Below are positions 63,586 to 64,000 of a stretch of 64,000 nucleotides of DNA, one piece after another; within the stretch, counting starts at the first letter, position 1; every line of letters starts with the position of its first letter. The stretch is taken from positions 21,950 to 85,949 of the IMG/VR virus record IMGVR_UViG_3300037067_009025. One strand, given 5' to 3'. Source of the DNA: a virus (Duplodnaviria > Caudoviricetes). The notes under the pieces are model-generated. The model saw only the letters and a program-made list of their open reading frames with translations, searched no databases and was not told the DNA's origin. The position numbers and the translations under genes are program-made.

Positions 63586-64000
63586 ATGAAAGAACTCAAA
63601 GACCTGAAAATTTTAGTCCTCGGTGATATTATCTTGGATGAATATGTTGAAGGAACCGTAACTCGTCTTTCACCAGAAGCACCCATCCCAATTTTGGATA
63701 AAACAAAAACATGGTATCGCCTGGGCGGAGCCAGTAATGTTGCCAAGAATATCTCTTCACTGGGAGCCTACGTCCTTCAAATGGGTCGTGTAGGTATAGA
63801 CAGGGCGGGAGAGATTGTTCACTCCGAATTGGAGAAGAGCAAGATTGACGTTATGGGTGTGATTTGTGACCCAAATATTCCGACCATCGTTAAGACCCGT
63901 TTCGTCTGTCATAACACCCAATTATTGAGAGTGGATTATGAAGATAGACGTTCCATTGAGAACACAGAAATCGGAGATTCAGTGAATGAGTATATTAGAT
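63586..64000 (+). CDS. hldE: Heptose-7-phosphate kinase (HldE/RfaE kinase domain), partial
   Basis: Own translation, runs off the window: ILVLGDIILDEYVEGTVTRLSPEAPIP...LGGASNVAKNISSLG...TIVKTRF...QLLRVDYE closely matches HldE GDVMLD.Y..G...RISPEAPVP...GGAANVA.NIASLG. Confidence 0.88.
   Translation, partial: MKELKDLKILVLGDIILDEYVEGTVTRLSPEAPIPILDKTKTWYRLGGASNVAKNISSLGAYVLQMGRVGIDRAGEIVHSELEKSKIDVMGVICDPNIPTIVKTRFVCHNTQLLRVDYEDRRSIENTEIGDSVNEYIR

Noticed and set aside
1-64000. tRNA genes
   Set aside because: No cloverleaf with a GTTCRA T-loop and correct arm spacing was found by eye; the stems at 30372 and 58409 lack tRNA architecture.
1-64000. Prophage or temperate lifestyle
   Set aside because: No integrase, repressor-antirepressor switch or host flanking genes were recognised; this cannot be excluded outside the window.

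Overview
This is a 64 kb segment of a large tailed dsDNA phage with an HK97-type head. No integrase, rRNA, canonical tRNA or CRISPR array was seen. It has three zones. (1) 1-13.2 kb, minus strand: virion genes (prohead protease-scaffold, major capsid, head-tail and tail-completion genes) interrupted by a separately promoted sugar-modification cassette (tandem GT9 heptosyltransferase-like protein, FkbM methyltransferase, pyruvyltransferase-like protein). (2) 13.3-24 kb: a repeat-rich divergent intergenic region, then GC-richer putative early genes on the plus strand (many small ORFs, an AAA ATPase/DUF3150/VWA-metallopeptidase triad). (3) 24-64 kb, plus strand: replication, recombination, repair and nucleotide/RNA metabolism genes (UDG-PolA, RecA, SbcCD-like, RuvC-like, RNase H, OGG, primase-helicase, RNA ligase, CCA enzyme, DeoC-like), plus terminase, portal and a partial HldE/RfaE heptose kinase at the right edge. 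The strongest unexplained signals come from manual reading. The plus strand has only one CTC in 9.5 kb of the early zone, against roughly 60 GAG. Early genes use GGGAGG-type ribosome binding sites. Just beyond that zone lies a 54-nt hairpin exposing two CCUCCC motifs complementary to those sites, suggesting an anti-Shine-Dalgarno RNA switch. The phage also appears to carry its own ADP-heptose glycosylation pathway. All product calls rest on motif recognition, not database searches, and all counts are by eye.
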